Shown: positions 49,394-52,490 of the stretch, one piece after another
Layout: each line of letters begins with the position of its first letter
Numbering within the stretch: position 1 is the stretch's first letter
From: Albugo candida
Taxonomy: Eukaryota
NCBI GenBank assembly: GCA_040437565.1
Contig: JBDOQK010000077.1
Span: forward strand, 62,001 to 114,490
Reading direction: 5' to 3'
DNA: 52,490 nt
The notes under the pieces: generated by a model
Database searches by the model: none
What the model saw: the letters and a program-made list of their open reading frames with translations, nothing else
What the model was told of the DNA's origin: nothing
Position numbers and translations under genes: made by a program

Positions 49394-51021
49394 CTATTTC
49401 GGATTGTGCCATGAGAACACGGACTTTTGAGGTGGCCAAACACCCACCGGAATCGTTGTTTTTATGACATCAGCTCGCGAAATTGATTGAGAAGAGCCCA
49501 CCGATCGAAAAACTGCACGATCAGAGCAAAAATTATCGGAGAATGTTTGTAGCCGGATGCATTTGCGCCCATCATGACAGCTCAATAGCTTCTGGAATGA
49601 CGATGTTGGGCTTTTTGGATGGTTTTTTGTGAAGAATGATTTTTCATACATGCAACACGAAAAGCATGACAAGACCGCAGGTAATAAAGTACCATACAAT
49701 TGCTCCTCAGCTGATCAAACATAGTATAATCAGACAGCTTCGGATATATGTCAATGTTAACGACAGATTCTCGACGATAAATTTTACATTCATCCTGATT
49801 TAGCAGCATTATATTCCTGCACGAACGACACCCTAATTTATTTCGATATTAGAGGTAAGAATAGTCGCTTTCCGCAATGACAAAACCTTACCCAGACGGG
49901 TATTTCTCACATTTTTTATTAAACAGCCGATGCAGTCCCATATCTTGTCCGGATATGCAGCGATAATAATGCAGAGAACTCTTTCAAGACGAAGCATTTT
50001 CAGTGTATTCGAGAGCTTGAATGGATGGTGAGACCATAAGAAACCTTTCCCAGCTCTTGACATTCTTTTGATCGCAATGACAGCAAGGACCGCTCTGATC
50101 TCGTTCAAGTCCATTGCGTTCTCCTTACGTATTCCATAAGTAGAACCATGCTTCTTTTTCTCCATTTCTAACAAACTGCGATCCCCTGGAATTGAAAAAA
50201 GCCATAATTTTGCAGTCCGTGCTATCCCAGCTGAGATTGCTTGAACACAACTTCATCCGGCAGTTGTCTTCTTTATCGGATGTTTTGTGATTGCTGAGAA
50301 ATACGAGCAGCGCAGCTGAATAAGGAAAAATAAGGCACAGCTTTATAATCGTGAACGATTTACTGTGCATAGCCAAACATTCTAGACAAACGCCGTCATA
50401 CAAAAGACCAAGAATGATTATAGATCGAGTTGAGGATTCAACATATACCTCATCCTCCATGATTAAGCTCAGCTGTTCTTCTAGTACTGCTTCGAGAAAA
50501 ATATTTCTATTCGTCATAGGGAGTTCGTCGTATCAATTCTTTCCGGAACAAGAGTGACATCCTTCTTTTTCTTTATGCTTAAATAGTTAAGCTTCTTGTT
50601 TCGAATGTACATCCGAATCTAACTCTTTACGCGTTCTCGATCCCATAAACATGGAGTGTGCCAACGATCCAAGAGCCATTTGAACATTTGCATATCTGTG
50701 TTTTGTTGAGCAAAAGTCATTTCCAGCTGATCGATTTTGTTCTTTCCAGTTAGACCGACATCAATCGTACATAAATAATCTGAGTGGCAATGATTTTAAA
50801 ACGAAATCAATTCCCGAATGACCATCCACCCAGTAGAGGCTTAACTCCTTTCTCGCTTGAATCAGAAAATCTCAGCAACCTCACGTCTACGAGGCATTCG
50901 TGACACTCTCAACGATCTTTATCTGGAGGAGTCCAAAAGCGTAATAGTCCTGACATTGTTGGAACGGAATTTGCTGTTTTATTGGCACGCGTGATGATCA
51001 GCGCAGTGACTGATTGTACAT
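49394..51021 (-). pseudogene. Multi-module CHxC/CCG effector pseudogene
   Basis: ECHECLV (50905-50894) follows a degenerate hydrophobic leader, then VCLECL..LLVFL..SDKEDNCRMKLC..DC (50388), DCIGCL (49934) and SCFSC..SCHDGRKCIRLQTFSDNFC (49666). The modules parallel those of the intact gene at 25542-27374. Multiple stops and frameshifts. Confidence 0.6.
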
Positions 51022-51461
51022 TAAATGTGGACCTCTAATTAAGAAGGTGTATTGCAATTGATATCGGGAACCGTTAGAATCCCCTCAGTGCTTTTGGTAA
51101 AATCCTAAACGCTCGTCATTAATAGACGATTCATCGTCACTTCGTTGAGCTATAATGCGTTATAAAGATACAGCAATTATTACACAACAACGCCGAAAAT
51201 AAAATGTATCATGAGAAAATTCTGTGAAGGAAAAATATCTAGTTTTTTACCAAAGCCTGTCGTGGATCTGAGCTAGCCAAAAGTTGCGGTTCTCACAGCT
51301 GGAGCGGTCCTGCCAAATCGCATCTACCTTAGGTAATTTTGCATCAATTTGCAGTTGAGCAGTTTTCCAATGATTACTTTTTGCACGCAAAGGTGTTATC
51401 TCCTTTCCATTTGCTACTATAGAAAGTCAGAGTTGATTGTGTCGATTATAGCATGTCATAT

Positions 51462-51508
51462 GTATTAGCCGATCACAGTTGGAACACACTGCGTATTAGC
51501 CAATCACA
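51462..51508. promoter_or_regulatory. 16-bp direct repeat GTATTAGCC(G/A)ATCACA (CCAAT-box pair), 31 bp period
   Basis: Copies at 51462-51477 and 51493-51508 with one mismatch, about 450 bp upstream of the CHxC pseudogene. Confidence 0.35.
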
Positions 51509-52490
51509 AATAATATCTAGATTGAAGTTATGAGAGCAATAATCTAGGGTGTACTTGGATGTAATTGGTTAAAAATGTAAATTTATTTATTTATTTTGCA
51601 AAATTGAGAAAGTTGTGGGAGTACTAATTCAGCTAGGCATGATGTAATATAGAAAAAATGTTGTGGGGACATCAGCACCTTGTACCAATACCTCTTTTTA
51701 ATTGAGAATTTTTTTTCCTCGAATCAATTGTTAATAGCAGTGTCACTGCTGCCACATTTATTGTATGGCCTAAAAAAGCTCGCTAGCTGCAAGTGTCTCA
51801 AAATTGTGGTATACGGTGGTAGTTCGAATTTTCAAGCATATCATTGTCGCATTTCAGATAACACGAGGAAATCAAGTCTGTTATAAGATTGAACAACATT
51901 CATAGTAACCATTATTGGTATTTCGGACACGTCACACTGAGACATTCGACCCACAATGAGGAAGCCAACTTCATCAACGGGTCTGTCGCAATTTCGCTCT
52001 TACAACTAACACTATCGTGCAGTGAATACTTTGATACAATTTGAGTCTATGCATTCAAAATTCACTGTCGCATAATACTCACGGTCAACATGACGAAGTA
52101 AATAAACATTCGAATTCGAGTCACTGAACGAAGCGTCTTGCCAGTGTCAATACAATTTATTTCCATAAAGAACCACCTGCAGTATCGTCATGACAATCGT
52201 GTGTGGAAAGAAATATGAGCTTTCAAACAGCAGCGACCCGAGCAAAGTATCAGCGCTGAGCAACAACGAGGCGATGCATTCTGAATCATCACATGCGTTT
52301 GATGTTTACACCAATATGAGCACGAGTCAGACATCGAAAACGAGTCCAATAACCATAATGTCCGAAGATTTGTTAGGGAATGAACAAGAATACCAAGCAA
52401 TTGCGACCGATTCAGCAAATTATTGTTCGAGATTTTCATTTTGCAGAAAATCCAGCATTAGCCATCTGCTGAACAATGAGATCGCTGCTG

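Noticed and set aside
1-52490. CRISPR arrays, rRNA or tRNA genes
   Set aside because: No regularly spaced repeat-spacer array and no rRNA or cloverleaf signature. The tRNA-like 13-mers are retrotransposon primer-binding sites.

Overview
Eukaryotic DNA with short (about 48-61 bp) introns, most likely an oomycete of the genus Albugo (inferred from a CxxCxxxxxG 'CCG' secreted effector and oomycete-type Copia elements). The scaffold has eleven 100-N gaps. Five of them are flanked by apparently identical direct duplications (45 bp to 3.3 kb), which look like unmerged contig overlaps, so the second copies of the PX, permease and ALG6 genes are probably artefacts. Intact genes: a 7-exon TIMELESS/Tof1 (needs one GC-AG intron), a 610-aa CCG effector built from about five Cys modules, a PX-domain protein, an APC amino-acid permease and a 6-exon ALG6. 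10-25 kb is a retroelement nest: a full-length decayed Copia with non-canonical TA...TA LTR ends and a 5-bp TSD, a Copia LTR+gag fragment, an older Copia with a nested unrelated Copia piece, and a putative internally deleted non-LTR element that has a second relative at 42 kb. 40-51 kb is a pseudogene field: Nup98-like FG repeats, a TspO-like membrane protein, SF3A3/PRP9, the C-terminus of a SKN1/KRE6-like gene and a multi-module CHxC/CCG effector. Weaker CCG-like remnants may lie at 5-16 kb. No rRNA, tRNA or CRISPR is supported. All alignments and splice models were made by eye; no database search was run.
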